The translations under genes and the position numbers were made by a program. Positions 16,148-25,395 of a DNA stretch of 30,042 nucleotides are shown here, one piece after another; the stretch's first letter is position 1, and the number at the start of each line of letters is the position of its first letter. The notes under the pieces were generated by a model. The model did no database searches. It worked only from the letters and a program-made list of their open reading frames with translations, and was not told the origin of the DNA. Location: the sequence record SRR2962707_3586; one strand, given 5' to 3'.

Positions 16148-18732
16148 TGGGAGAAGAACACGAAAACGAGCAAGAATTGCATGATGTAATCCCGATTTCC
16201 GGGATGTATGAAAATTGGTTTTTGGATTACGCTTCATATGTAATCCTGGAACGAGCCGTCCCGGCAATCAACGATGGACTGAAGCCTGTACAGAGACGGA
16301 TTCTGCATGCCATGAAAGAGATGGATGATGGTCGCTATAATAAAGTCGCCAACATCATTGGTAGTGCCATGCAGTACCACCCACACGGAGATGCATCCAT
16401 TGGGGATGCTATTGTCAACTTGGGTCAAAAGGATCTTCTCATAGATACTCAGGGTAACTGGGGAGATGTCAGAACAGGAGATTCGGCAGCTGCTGCTCGT
16501 TACATTGAAGCCCGTCTTTCAAAGTTTGCTTTAGAGGTCATTTTCAACCCGCAGACCACTGAGTGGCAACTTTCATACGATGGAAGAAAGAAAGAACCTG
16601 TCACTTTCCCGGTGAAATTTCCATTGCTCCTGGCACAAGGGGTAGAGGGGATTGCAGTTGGTCTTTCTACCAAAATGCTCCCGCACAATTTCTGCGAAAT
16701 CCTGGAAGGTTGTATTGCTTCCTTGAAGGGAAAGAAGGTAAAGCTTTACCCGGATTTCCTTACAGGTGGTAAGGTTGATGTCTCCGATTACAACGATGGG
16801 AAAAGAGGTGGAAAGGTTCGGGTGCGTGCGTCCATCGAAGAACAAGACAAGTCTACACTCGTCATTAAAGACATTCCATTTGGTACAACAACTACTTCGC
16901 TGATTGAATCCATTGTGAAGGCCAACGACAAAGGCAAGATCAAGATCAAACAGGTTGTAGACAATACCGCTGCTGACATAGAAATATTGGTCAGTCTGGC
17001 TCCAGGCACATCGCCCGATATCACCATGGATGCGCTGTATGCCTTCACTGATTGTGAAGTATCTATTTCACCGAATGCCTGTGTGATTGTCGATGACAAA
17101 CCGCAGTTTCTTGGCGTATCTGACATTCTCAAGCAATCTGTTGAGCAGACCGTTGACCTACTCCGTCAGGAACTTGAAATTGAAAAATCGGAACTAAAAG
17201 AGAAGATATTCTTCAGTAACCTCTTGAAGATCTTTATCAACGAAGGGATGTACAAACACCCTGATTATGAAAATTCTGGAGACTTGCAGAAATGCTATGA
17301 AGTGCTGCATAGCTTATTTGAGCCCTTCTTCAACATTTTCTATCGAGAAATCACAAATGAAGACTATAAGCGACTGATAGATAAGCCGCTAAGTAGCATT
17401 ACCCGTTTCGATACCAGCAAGGTCGACGAGCAAATCAAAGACCTGCAGGAGAAGATTGCAGAGGTTGAATACAACTTGAATCATCTCACCGAATATGCCA
17501 TTGCTTATTACCAGAATCTGCTGGATAAGTATGGAAAAGGTCGGGAACGTAAAACTGAGATCACCAATTTCGACACGATCAATGTGACGGTAGTGGCTGC
17601 CAATAATGCTAAACTTTACGTCAACAGAGCGGATGGTTTCATTGGGTATGGGCTGAAGAAAGATGAATATATCTGTGAGTGCTCGGACATTGATGACATC
17701 ATCGCATTCACCAAAGACGGTAAATGTGTAGTGACCAAAATTCAGGATAAAGTATTCGTAGGAAAGGATATTCTCTATGCAGGTGTCTTCAAGAAGAATG
17801 ACGAGCGCATGGTCTACAATCTGGCTTACGTTGATGCAAAGTCAGGTAATTCCTATGTAAAGCGATTCCAGGTGTTGTCTGTGACACGTGATCGTGAATA
17901 TGATCTGACCAAGGGAGGTAAAGGCAAAGTCCATTACTTCACAGCAAATCCAAATGGAGAGGCAGAGATTGTCACCGTTTCCTTGACACAGGCAAGTAAG
18001 GCCCGTAAGAAAGTATTTGATTTCGATTTCTCTGAATTGGAGATCAAAGGCAGGGGAGCTGGTGGTAATATCCTTACCAAGTACCCTGTCAGAAAAGTAG
18101 TGTTGAAAGAAGAGGGCAAGTCTACATTAGGTGGTGTTGATATCTGGTATGATCCTACGGTTGGTAGATTAAACCGAGAGGAACGTGGTGACTACTTGGG
18201 GAATTTCATGTCGGACAATCAGGTAGTAGCTTTTTACAAGGATGGAAGTTATGAGACTACTTCGTTCGAACTGACGAATCACTACGATTTCAACAATGTC
18301 ATGGGAATCTATAAGCTTGATGAGGATACTTCGTTCAATGCCATCCATTACGATGGAGAAAGCAAGAACTTCTATGTGAAGCGATTCATCATTGAGACGA
18401 ATACCCCGAATAAGAAGTTCTCATTTGTAACTGAAGCAAGAAGTTCGAAGTTGGTGTTCATCTCTAAAGGCATTGAAACAGATGTTGAGGTCACCTATAA
18501 AGATGGACGCAAGCATGAGAAGAAAAAGCTTGATCTCATGAATCTTATCGACATCAAAGGCTGGAAAGCCATTGGAAACAAGTTGCCGGTACAGGCTGTA
18601 ATTGCTGTGGATCTTGTTAAGAGTGAGGCTCCAAAGATTGACTTGGACGCCATTAAAAGTGAGATTCAGCACGAGGTAGAAGAAGAGGAAAAGAACCAAT
18701 TAGGCTTATTTGGAGAGAATGGAAAATCCTGA
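16147..18732 (+). CDS. parC: DNA topoisomerase IV subunit A
   Basis: FLDYASYVILERAVP, DGLKPVQRRIL, YHPHGD, catalytic AAARYIEARL. Confidence 0.93.
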   Translation: MGEEHENEQELHDVIPISGMYENWFLDYASYVILERAVPAINDGLKPVQRRILHAMKEMDDGRYNKVANIIGSAMQYHPHGDASIGDAIVNLGQKDLLIDTQGNWGDVRTGDSAAAARYIEARLSKFALEVIFNPQTTEWQLSYDGRKKEPVTFPVKFPLLLAQGVEGIAVGLSTKMLPHNFCEILEGCIASLKGKKVKLYPDFLTGGKVDVSDYNDGKRGGKVRVRASIEEQDKSTLVIKDIPFGTTTTSLIESIVKANDKGKIKIKQVVDNTAADIEILVSLAPGTSPDITMDALYAFTDCEVSISPNACVIVDDKPQFLGVSDILKQSVEQTVDLLRQELEIEKSELKEKIFFSNLLKIFINEGMYKHPDYENSGDLQKCYEVLHSLFEPFFNIFYREITNEDYKRLIDKPLSSITRFDTSKVDEQIKDLQEKIAEVEYNLNHLTEYAIAYYQNLLDKYGKGRERKTEITNFDTINVTVVAANNAKLYVNRADGFIGYGLKKDEYICECSDIDDIIAFTKDGKCVVTKIQDKVFVGKDILYAGVFKKNDERMVYNLAYVDAKSGNSYVKRFQVLSVTRDREYDLTKGGKGKVHYFTANPNGEAEIVTVSLTQASKARKKVFDFDFSELEIKGRGAGGNILTKYPVRKVVLKEEGKSTLGGVDIWYDPTVGRLNREERGDYLGNFMSDNQVVAFYKDGSYETTSFELTNHYDFNNVMGIYKLDEDTSFNAIHYDGESKNFYVKRFIIETNTPNKKFSFVTEARSSKLVFISKGIETDVEVTYKDGRKHEKKKLDLMNLIDIKGWKAIGNKLPVQAVIAVDLVKSEAPKIDLDAIKSEIQHEVEEEEKNQLGLFGENGKS

Positions 18733-19387
18733 TTTCAATCGGATTATTGAAATACTGGAACCGTTCGTTTCTGAAAACAAGCTACAGCTCATTGAGCAGG
18801 CTCTTGAGCTTCGCACTCGCCATGTGACACTCGTTTTTGAGGACATTGACAAACCGCACAACATTAGCGCGGTACTTCGCACAGCTGAATGTCTGGGTAT
18901 TCAGGATTTGCATTTCATTAAAAATAAAAATGAATATGCAGTGAACCCGACGATTACACAGGGCGCAGCAAAGTGGGTAACACTCCACAAGCATAGCGCT
19001 TCACTTAATAACATTGATGCTTGTTATGACGAGTTAAGAGATAAGGGATACAAAATTTACGCTACCTCTTTGCACGAAACATCGCAATCCATTTACGATA
19101 TAGAGCCGATGGAAAAAACGGCTATCGTATTTGGAACGGAAGCGGACGGAATAACCCAGGAAGCGGGTGAAAAAGCAGATGGATACGTTCATATTCCGAT
19201 GGCTGGTTTCACAGAGAGTTTTAACCTTTCAGTAAGTGCTGCGATTTGTTTGACTGTTCTGAAAGGAAGATCTAAAAATTGGCCAGGCCTTTTACCTCAA
19301 GAGAAACAGGAGTTAAGGGCAGGCTGGTATAGGAAAATTGTGAGAGAAGCAGATCGTATTCTAAAGATGAAAGGAGTAGAGGTATAG
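18719..19387 (+). CDS. TrmH/SpoU-family RNA 2'-O-methyltransferase
   Basis: HNISAVLRTAECLG, AIVFGTEADG, IPMAGFTESFNLSVSA; ATG 18719 preferred over TTG 18710. Confidence 0.92.
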   Translation: MENPDFNRIIEILEPFVSENKLQLIEQALELRTRHVTLVFEDIDKPHNISAVLRTAECLGIQDLHFIKNKNEYAVNPTITQGAAKWVTLHKHSASLNNIDACYDELRDKGYKIYATSLHETSQSIYDIEPMEKTAIVFGTEADGITQEAGEKADGYVHIPMAGFTESFNLSVSAAICLTVLKGRSKNWPGLLPQEKQELRAGWYRKIVREADRILKMKGVEV

Positions 19388-19388
19388 T

Positions 19389-20027
19389 ATGTTAAAGAAG
19401 CTGATCAAAATTGCCATCTGGGCAGCAGTTTCATTAGTCTTATTCATCATAGGCACAAATATCTGGGTGATTCAATCCACTAAAAATCAGATATTTAAGT
19501 TAGAAAATGCGCCATTTAATGATGTGGCACTGGTACTTGGCACAAGTAAAAGAACTTCTTCAGGAGAATCCAATCGCTTCTTTGTGGAAAGAATGAATAC
19601 AGCAGCATCCTTACATGCCAATGGATTTGTTAGCCGTATACTTGTTAGTGGGGACAATGGCTCCAAATACTATAATGAACCTCGTGACATGCTGAAGGCA
19701 CTTGGTGATTTAAACATTCCAGATACGGTCATCTCACTTGACTTTGCCGGGTTCCGGACCTTGGATTCTGTAGTAAGATCCAAAGAAGTGTTTGGGCAGG
19801 ACAAGATCACCATTGTCACCCAGGAATTCCATTGCTATAGGGCACTTTTTATTGCCGGATACTTTGATATTGAAGCGGTAGCCATTTCAGCTGACGATGG
19901 AGGTCCAATTGGAAATAACCTGGCAATCAGAGAGATATTAGCAAGGACGATGGCTGTACTTGATCTTTATGTACTTCAGAGAAAGCCTAAGTATTTAGGA
20001 GAGGAGATTGATCTCGGGGTGAATTAA
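19389..20027 (+). CDS. SanA/YdcF/ElyC (DUF218) family envelope protein
   Basis: N-terminal TM; ALVLGTS, LVSGDN..YNEP, DFAGFRTLDSVVR, VTQEFHCYRA. Confidence 0.9.
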   Translation: MLKKLIKIAIWAAVSLVLFIIGTNIWVIQSTKNQIFKLENAPFNDVALVLGTSKRTSSGESNRFFVERMNTAASLHANGFVSRILVSGDNGSKYYNEPRDMLKALGDLNIPDTVISLDFAGFRTLDSVVRSKEVFGQDKITIVTQEFHCYRALFIAGYFDIEAVAISADDGGPIGNNLAIREILARTMAVLDLYVLQRKPKYLGEEIDLGVN

Positions 20028-20347
20028 TTATCAGCCCATTTCTTCAGAAGTCCGAACGCTTCCTCACACTCGTTTCGTATCGATTCTATTTTGGTTTTTG
20101 TAGCTGCTGATGGATTGTGCTGTAAAAACTCCAACTCTTCCGCACAAGGCAATTGAATCATCTTAGCCGTTGGTTTGAGTTGATGGGCTGATTTGCCAAG
20201 ATTTAAAAAATCTTCCTTTGCCAATTCAGAAAGCATTTTATCTGTTAATGTTTTGTAATTGGATTCGAATGTTTCCAAATATTCTGCTTTGAATTCGTCA
20301 TCGTCTTCGCAAAGAACTTCCAGATATGTAAAATCTATTTTAACCAT
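20024..20347 (-). CDS. Stand-alone Hpt (histidine phosphotransfer) domain protein
   Basis: IDFTYLEVLCEDDDEF ... KSAHQLKPTAKMI. Confidence 0.8.
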   Translation of the reverse strand: MVKIDFTYLEVLCEDDDEFKAEYLETFESNYKTLTDKMLSELAKEDFLNLGKSAHQLKPTAKMIQLPCAEELEFLQHNPSAATKTKIESIRNECEEAFGLLKKWADN

Positions 20348-20491
20348 GTTGTCAGATTTTCGCTTCCTAAAAATAGGGTCTATTTTGAAAATAAATCAAC
20401 TTGTCACACAATTATGAACATTAACCGAAAAAGGCTGATCTGACACAAATTTATTTTTGTATTTTCGCTCGAAAATTGAACATAAGAAGGC

Positions 20492-20953
20492 ATGATCCCA
20501 GAATTTGAACCACTAAGAGAAGACGAGATTCAGGTATTGCTAGATGCGCCGGTTTATGTGGCTATACTTATAGCCGGAGCGGATGGTAAGATTGATAAGT
20601 CAGAAAGAAAAGAAGCCATCGATGTGGCAAGAAATAAGCAAAGCAGAGCGCGAGAGCAACTGTCTGACTTCTACAAGCTGGTAGGAGAGCAATTTGAGAC
20701 AAATTTCAATCGACTGGTAGATGCGCTTCCTTCGGGAACTGATGCAAGAATCCAGGCAATTACGATCGAGCTTCGAAAGCTAAACTTCATTCTTCCTAAA
20801 GTGGATAAAAATTTCGCTGTGAAGTTCCATGCAAGTCTGAAAGATTTGGCGAAGAAGATTGCTGAGGCTTCAGGAGGAGTACTTGGATACCTATCCGTCA
20901 GCTACGAGGAAGCACAATTAATGGAATTGAAGATGATCAAAGATCCATCTTAA
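20492..20953 (+). CDS. Hypothetical protein, TerB-like helical fold
   Basis: ILIAGADGKIDKSE motif; KKIAEASGGVLG..VSYEE. Confidence 0.6.
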   Translation: MIPEFEPLREDEIQVLLDAPVYVAILIAGADGKIDKSERKEAIDVARNKQSRAREQLSDFYKLVGEQFETNFNRLVDALPSGTDARIQAITIELRKLNFILPKVDKNFAVKFHASLKDLAKKIAEASGGVLGYLSVSYEEAQLMELKMIKDPS

Positions 20954-20975
20954 TAAGACTTATATAGATGCTAAG

Positions 20976-21008
20976 ACCCTGGTTTGATTAGTCAGATCAG
21001 GGTTTTTT
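20976..21008 (+). terminator. Intrinsic terminator
   Basis: ACCCTGGTTTGA-TTAG-TCAGATCAGGGT (12-bp stem with G:U pairs) followed by a T-tract. Confidence 0.75.
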
Positions 21009-21022
21009 ATTTACTTACAACC

Positions 21023-21574
21023 ATGAATAAGGCGGGGATTGTTCCACCATTGCGACTGTGCTTCTTCATGTGGCTCATTTTCACAATTGAATTCTATACT
21101 CAATTGGATTTTGGGTATATGGGAATCTATCCCCAAAGGATTTCAGGATTGTTGGGTGTTTTCACAGCTCCTTTGCTCCATGGCAGCTTCAATCATTTGA
21201 TGTCCAATACCATTCCACTGTTGGTATTGGGGAGTTCACTCTATTTCTTTTTTCCCAGAATAGCTCCCAGGGTTTTTCTCTATTCCTATTTCTTCACTAA
21301 CATATTGGTTTGGGTATTTGGACGCCCATTCTATCATATTGGAGCATCTGGTTTGGTATATGCGCTTGCTTCTTTTCTTATATTCTATGGTTTTTTCAAT
21401 CGAAATTTTAAGTCTGTAATTATAAGTGCAGTGACTATTTTTTTCTATGGTGGTTTGGTTTACGGTTTATTCGTCTTTGATGATCGAATTAGTTGGGAAT
21501 CTCATCTTATGGGAGCCGTAGTAGGTTTAGCTAATGCATTTATATTCTCAAAATCCTTTTCTAAAAATTACTAA
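21023..21574 (+). CDS. Rhomboid-family intramembrane serine protease
   Basis: APLLHGSFNHLMSN, HIGASG (catalytic Ser), SWESHLMG (catalytic His); start placed after the terminator. Confidence 0.9.
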   Translation: MNKAGIVPPLRLCFFMWLIFTIEFYTQLDFGYMGIYPQRISGLLGVFTAPLLHGSFNHLMSNTIPLLVLGSSLYFFFPRIAPRVFLYSYFFTNILVWVFGRPFYHIGASGLVYALASFLIFYGFFNRNFKSVIISAVTIFFYGGLVYGLFVFDDRISWESHLMGAVVGLANAFIFSKSFSKNY

Positions 21575-21589
21575 AAATATTAGTAATTT
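21565..21589. promoter_or_regulatory. Perfect palindrome with CTAA-N5-TTAG core, candidate Bacteroidota SOS box
   Basis: AAATTACTAA-AAATA-TTAGTAATTT, ending 6 bp before the radical SAM ATG. Confidence 0.7.
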
Positions 21590-21595
21590 AACCGA

Positions 21596-22645
21596 ATGGA
21601 TTACATGAAAGGGAAGGGAGCGCAGATCAACGTTCCCAACAAGTTTGCTTCTACTATTTTGGATACTTCGGAGCTAGACGGGTTGGATGAGGAATTATTG
21701 ACTGATAAGCCAAAGACGGAAATATTCTACGAGACTCCAAAGAAGATTATATCCAGAAACAGCAGTCCTGATATCAATCTAATGGCAAGTGTCAATCCGT
21801 ATCAAGGATGTGAACATGGGTGCGTTTATTGCTATGCCCGGAATTCACATGAGTATTGGGGTTTTAGCGCTGGTTTGGATTTTGAAAGTAAGATCATTGT
21901 TAAGCCTGATGCACCCAAGTTGTTGGAAAATGAATTCCTAAGGAAAAGCTACAAACCCTGCACTGTCATGTTGAGTGGTAACACAGATTGTTATCAACCC
22001 CTGGAAAGAAAGCTTAAAATCACACGACAGTTGTTGGAAGTATTCAACAAGTATCAAAATCCTGTAGGTATCATAACCAAAAATGCACTCGTCACAAGAG
22101 ACATTGATTTACTTAAGGAACTGGCTGACAGGAATCTTGTGATTGTTGTCTTTTCAATAACTTCTGAGGACGAGAAGTTGAGAAGACTGCTGGAACCCAG
22201 AACCTCAAGCGCTAAAAACAAGTATGAAGCCATATCACAATTGGCAAAAGAAAGTATACCTGTTGGAGTTATGAATGCTCCGATAATACCCGGCCTTAAT
22301 CATCATGAAACGCCAGCTATCCTTAAGCATGCTGCAGAGGCAGGAGCGCGATTCGCCAGCTACACGGTTGTTAGATTGAACGGTCAGATCAGCAAAATCT
22401 TTAGGGACTGGCTAGATAAGTCATTTCCTGATCGAGCTGAAAAGGTTTGGAATCAGGTGCAGGAACTACATGGGGGTAGCGTGAGTGACTCGGAGTTTGG
22501 TAGAAGGATTAAAGGAGATGGTAAAATAGCAGAGGTAATAAAGAGTCTGTTTGAGTTGAATAGAAGGAGGTATTTCAAAGAAAACCAATTTCCCAAACTA
22601 TCAACAGATCACTTCAGGCGTCTGGGTAATTACTCTTTGTTCTAA
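21596..22645 (+). CDS. PA0069-family (SplB-like) radical SAM protein, putative DNA repair
   Basis: NPYQGCEHGCVYCYAR (CxxxCxxC), SGNTDCYQPLER, IITKN, APIIPGLN. Confidence 0.9.
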   Translation: MDYMKGKGAQINVPNKFASTILDTSELDGLDEELLTDKPKTEIFYETPKKIISRNSSPDINLMASVNPYQGCEHGCVYCYARNSHEYWGFSAGLDFESKIIVKPDAPKLLENEFLRKSYKPCTVMLSGNTDCYQPLERKLKITRQLLEVFNKYQNPVGIITKNALVTRDIDLLKELADRNLVIVVFSITSEDEKLRRLLEPRTSSAKNKYEAISQLAKESIPVGVMNAPIIPGLNHHETPAILKHAAEAGARFASYTVVRLNGQISKIFRDWLDKSFPDRAEKVWNQVQELHGGSVSDSEFGRRIKGDGKIAEVIKSLFELNRRRYFKENQFPKLSTDHFRRLGNYSLF

Positions 22646-22647
22646 CT

Positions 22648-22679
22648 AAAAAACCCTGTCCTAAATAATTCGGACAGGG
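22648..22679 (-). terminator. Intrinsic terminator between convergent genes
   Basis: AAAAAA-CCCTGTCC-N10-GGACAGGG; the U-tract is on the minus strand. Confidence 0.7.
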
Positions 22680-22718
22680 CCTCTCTTCATACTTATCTCA
22701 AATCAAGAAAAAGTGTCT

Positions 22719-23075
22719 TTAGTCACTTAAATGGGTGCTCATAAACCAAGCACCACCCGCTAGAGCTACATCTTTCAAAAACATGGATGAGCTGACCGGG
22801 TCTTGGTTCATGAATCCAGAAAAGTGTATGAGTAAGGCAAACAATGCCAGCATCAACCCTAAAAGTTGAGTAGCGAGTTTTGCTTTTTTCCCTAGTACAA
22901 TAGCTACTGCTGCTAACAGCAAAGCTGCTCCGGTGAGATAGACAAATACAACCGGGACTGGTAAAAAATCCGGCACCATCCCGGACATGTTATCTGCATT
23001 CATAAAATGAAATATGCCAAACATGGCCATGGGTCCAGCAAACATGAGTTTTCCAATAAATCCTAAGCTTTTCAT
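22719..23075 (-). CDS. DoxX-family membrane protein
   Basis: MFGIFHFMNAD.M..MVP ... FLKDVALAGGA; four TMs. Confidence 0.85.
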   Translation of the reverse strand: MKSLGFIGKLMFAGPMAMFGIFHFMNADNMSGMVPDFLPVPVVFVYLTGAALLLAAVAIVLGKKAKLATQLLGLMLALFALLIHFSGFMNQDPVSSSMFLKDVALAGGAWFMSTHLSD

Positions 23076-23165
23076 CTGGTTGAGTTAATGGTTCTTAATT
23101 CGCTTAATCTATGAAATTTACAGCATTTCAAAGCCAATGCCAAAACCAACAACCTTACCATGTTG

Positions 23166-23816
23166 CTACTTTTTCAGATATGTAAGCAATTTGAACAGCT
23201 CTTCATTTGGCAAATCAAACCAGTAGCCAGGCTCGAATTGAATAGCCGCTTTGGTGTGGGGCTTTTTGGTTGACTTCAGTGATTCAAAATCGATTGAATA
23301 GACTAGCTCCATGAGTTTCTGGCCCTCGCTCCAGGGGTTAACTTGCTTGTTGGCGGTAAACACTCGCTTACTAAAATGCCATTCAAGTAAGATTTCTTTT
23401 GATTCAAATTTGATCTCCATGAACAGAGGAGCTTCTTTTTCACTAGCTTCAAATATGGCCTGAATCAGTTCTTGAATGAGTATTTCTGCCTTTGAGGTAT
23501 CCGTTGGATAGCCTTGATCTTTATCGTCAACGGCAAGGTGAATATAGCTATCCTTAGCAGGTTCAGATTGTAAATCACCTTGGACAAAATCCTTCAATGG
23601 ATCGATCCAATCAGAACCCAATTCACCTTTCCACTTAAAGTCATCATCAGAGGTAAAACCTTCTGCAGCGATCTCTTGTTCGTCCAAATCATCTCTGCCC
23701 AGGTATTCCTGTTCGAATTCAACATGGACTATGTCAGATATCGTGCATTTGAAAACTGCCGCAAATGAATAGGGCGGTGGTAAGTGTTGCGTTTGATAAG
23801 AGATGGTAAGTTTCAT
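23166..23816 (-). CDS. Hypothetical soluble protein
   Basis: 216-aa ORF coupled to menE by a 4-bp overlap; no family recognised. Confidence 0.75.
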   Translation of the reverse strand: MKLTISYQTQHLPPPYSFAAVFKCTISDIVHVEFEQEYLGRDDLDEQEIAAEGFTSDDDFKWKGELGSDWIDPLKDFVQGDLQSEPAKDSYIHLAVDDKDQGYPTDTSKAEILIQELIQAIFEASEKEAPLFMEIKFESKEILLEWHFSKRVFTANKQVNPWSEGQKLMELVYSIDFESLKSTKKPHTKAAIQFEPGYWFDLPNEELFKLLTYLKK

Positions 23817-24832
23817 TGTTTGTTGATCAGCATTTCTCGTGTTTTGATTCTGTCTGGCTTTCCTGAAGAAGTTTTTATGATGGCTAAACCAGCTATGATT
23901 TCCTTCGGTATTTCAAACTTATCCAGAACCGATGTATCAATACTGGTGACATTTTTATCTTCCGCCACCAATACCAGGCGTTCCCCAAATTTATCATCTG
24001 GGAGTGATGTAATCATGAAATCACCATTAATCAATCCTGCTAATTTTTGCTCAATGAGTTCAGGGTTCAATTTGATGCCACCTGAGTTGATAATAAAATC
24101 TTTTCTGCCTGCCCATTCAAAAATAGTTGAGGAGTTGACTACACCTAAATCGTTGGTTGTAAGCCATTTATGATTGGTGATTGTGCCTTTGAATTCAAGC
24201 GTATTTTCGTCAGATAGCCGTACGATTGTATCACCAGTCGTGTGAAATTGTTTTTCATCTATCCTCCTTAATGCAACGTGTGAAATGGTTTCAGTCATTC
24301 CATAGGTAGAGTAAATATTCGATTCATACTTTTCATTTGAAATGCCAACAGCTGCGCCTCCAATCAGAATGTTTTTGAACCTTGTCACATCACTTTTTGC
24401 TAGCGTGTTGAATTGAGAAGGAACCATTGAAACCAAATCGAATGTAGATTGCCGAGGAATGGAGTTGAGAATAAAATTCGATGGTTCAATTATGTATAGA
24501 TCCAGTTTTTTGATCAGCGCTCTGAAGACAACCATTGCCCCTCCAACGAAAGAGGGATTAATACAAAGTAACGTGGACTTGATTTGATTGGCTTTGTCAA
24601 TAAAATTGAAAGTTGCCTCAACGCTATAGTTAATTTGTGATCTAAGAATCCGAATGGATTTGGCCTCACCTGTAGATCCGGATGTGTGGAAATTGAAATA
24701 TTCTTTTCCGTTCACCCAATCTTTTGCTAATTGAATTACGTTTTTCTCAGTCTCGTTAAAATGAATCTTTGGAACTTCTTCTTTTAGAAATTCTTCTAAC
24801 TTTAGCGAGAAATTTTTTGACTGTATAATCAC
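23813..24832 (-). CDS. menE: o-succinylbenzoate-CoA ligase (short Bacteroidota type)
   Basis: HTSGSTG, YSTYGMTET, TNDLG, GRKDFIINSGGIK, TSSGK; men gene neighbourhood. Confidence 0.85.
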   Translation of the reverse strand: MIIQSKNFSLKLEEFLKEEVPKIHFNETEKNVIQLAKDWVNGKEYFNFHTSGSTGEAKSIRILRSQINYSVEATFNFIDKANQIKSTLLCINPSFVGGAMVVFRALIKKLDLYIIEPSNFILNSIPRQSTFDLVSMVPSQFNTLAKSDVTRFKNILIGGAAVGISNEKYESNIYSTYGMTETISHVALRRIDEKQFHTTGDTIVRLSDENTLEFKGTITNHKWLTTNDLGVVNSSTIFEWAGRKDFIINSGGIKLNPELIEQKLAGLINGDFMITSLPDDKFGERLVLVAEDKNVTSIDTSVLDKFEIPKEIIAGLAIIKTSSGKPDRIKTREMLINKQ

Positions 24833-24837
24833 TGCTT

Positions 24838-25395
24838 TTGGAAAACGAAGAGGTAATAGTAGGTAGACTTATTAGCAAAGATAAACGTGCTTTCGAACTC
24901 GTATTTAACCAGTATTTCAATATCATGGTTTTATATGCGGCACGATTTATGGATACACGTGAAGAGGCAGAAGAAATCGCTCAGGAAGTTTTTGTGAAGT
25001 TTTGGGAAAAATGCGATACGCTTTCACCTGATTCATCAATCAAAAGTTATTTGTATAGATCAGTTCACAACTCATGCCTCAATGCCATCAAACACGAGAA
25101 AGTGAAAGATGGATACAAGCAGCATGTGATCCAATTTCTCGAGTCTACTTATCAGGATCACGTCGAGTTCAATGATCCCGACGATATCCGAAACCGAATA
25201 CATTCTGAAATTGATAAGCTGCCACCTAGGTGCAAGGAGATTTTTAAATTAAGTCGATTCGAGGGTTTGAAGTACCAGGAAATAGCCGACCACCTCGGAA
25301 TATCTGTAAAGACAGTTGAAGTTCAGATGGGAAAGGCGCTGAAAGTACTACGAGAAAGCCTTCATGATCTCAAAAATATCAGGGATGCGAGTTAG
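24838..25395 (+). CDS. ECF sigma-70 factor (Bacteroidota FecI-like)
   Basis: EAEEIAQEVFVKFW, KSYLYRSVHNSCLN, LPPRCKEIFKLSRFEGLKYQEIA..LGISVKTVE; TTG start. Confidence 0.92.
   Translation: MENEEVIVGRLISKDKRAFELVFNQYFNIMVLYAARFMDTREEAEEIAQEVFVKFWEKCDTLSPDSSIKSYLYRSVHNSCLNAIKHEKVKDGYKQHVIQFLESTYQDHVEFNDPDDIRNRIHSEIDKLPPRCKEIFKLSRFEGLKYQEIADHLGISVKTVEVQMGKALKVLRESLHDLKNIRDAS

Noticed and set aside
16375..16410. ParC HPHGDAS (Ala at the position equivalent to GyrA Ser83) as an acquired quinolone-resistance mutation
   Set aside because: To my knowledge HPHGDASI is the usual sequence in Bacteroidota topo IV A, so there is no evidence of a mutation.
12764..18732. Calling these genes gyrB/gyrA
   Set aside because: The sequence style (FLDYASYVILERA, GLNGVG, no clear GyrA-box) matches Bacteroidota topo IV rather than gyrase.
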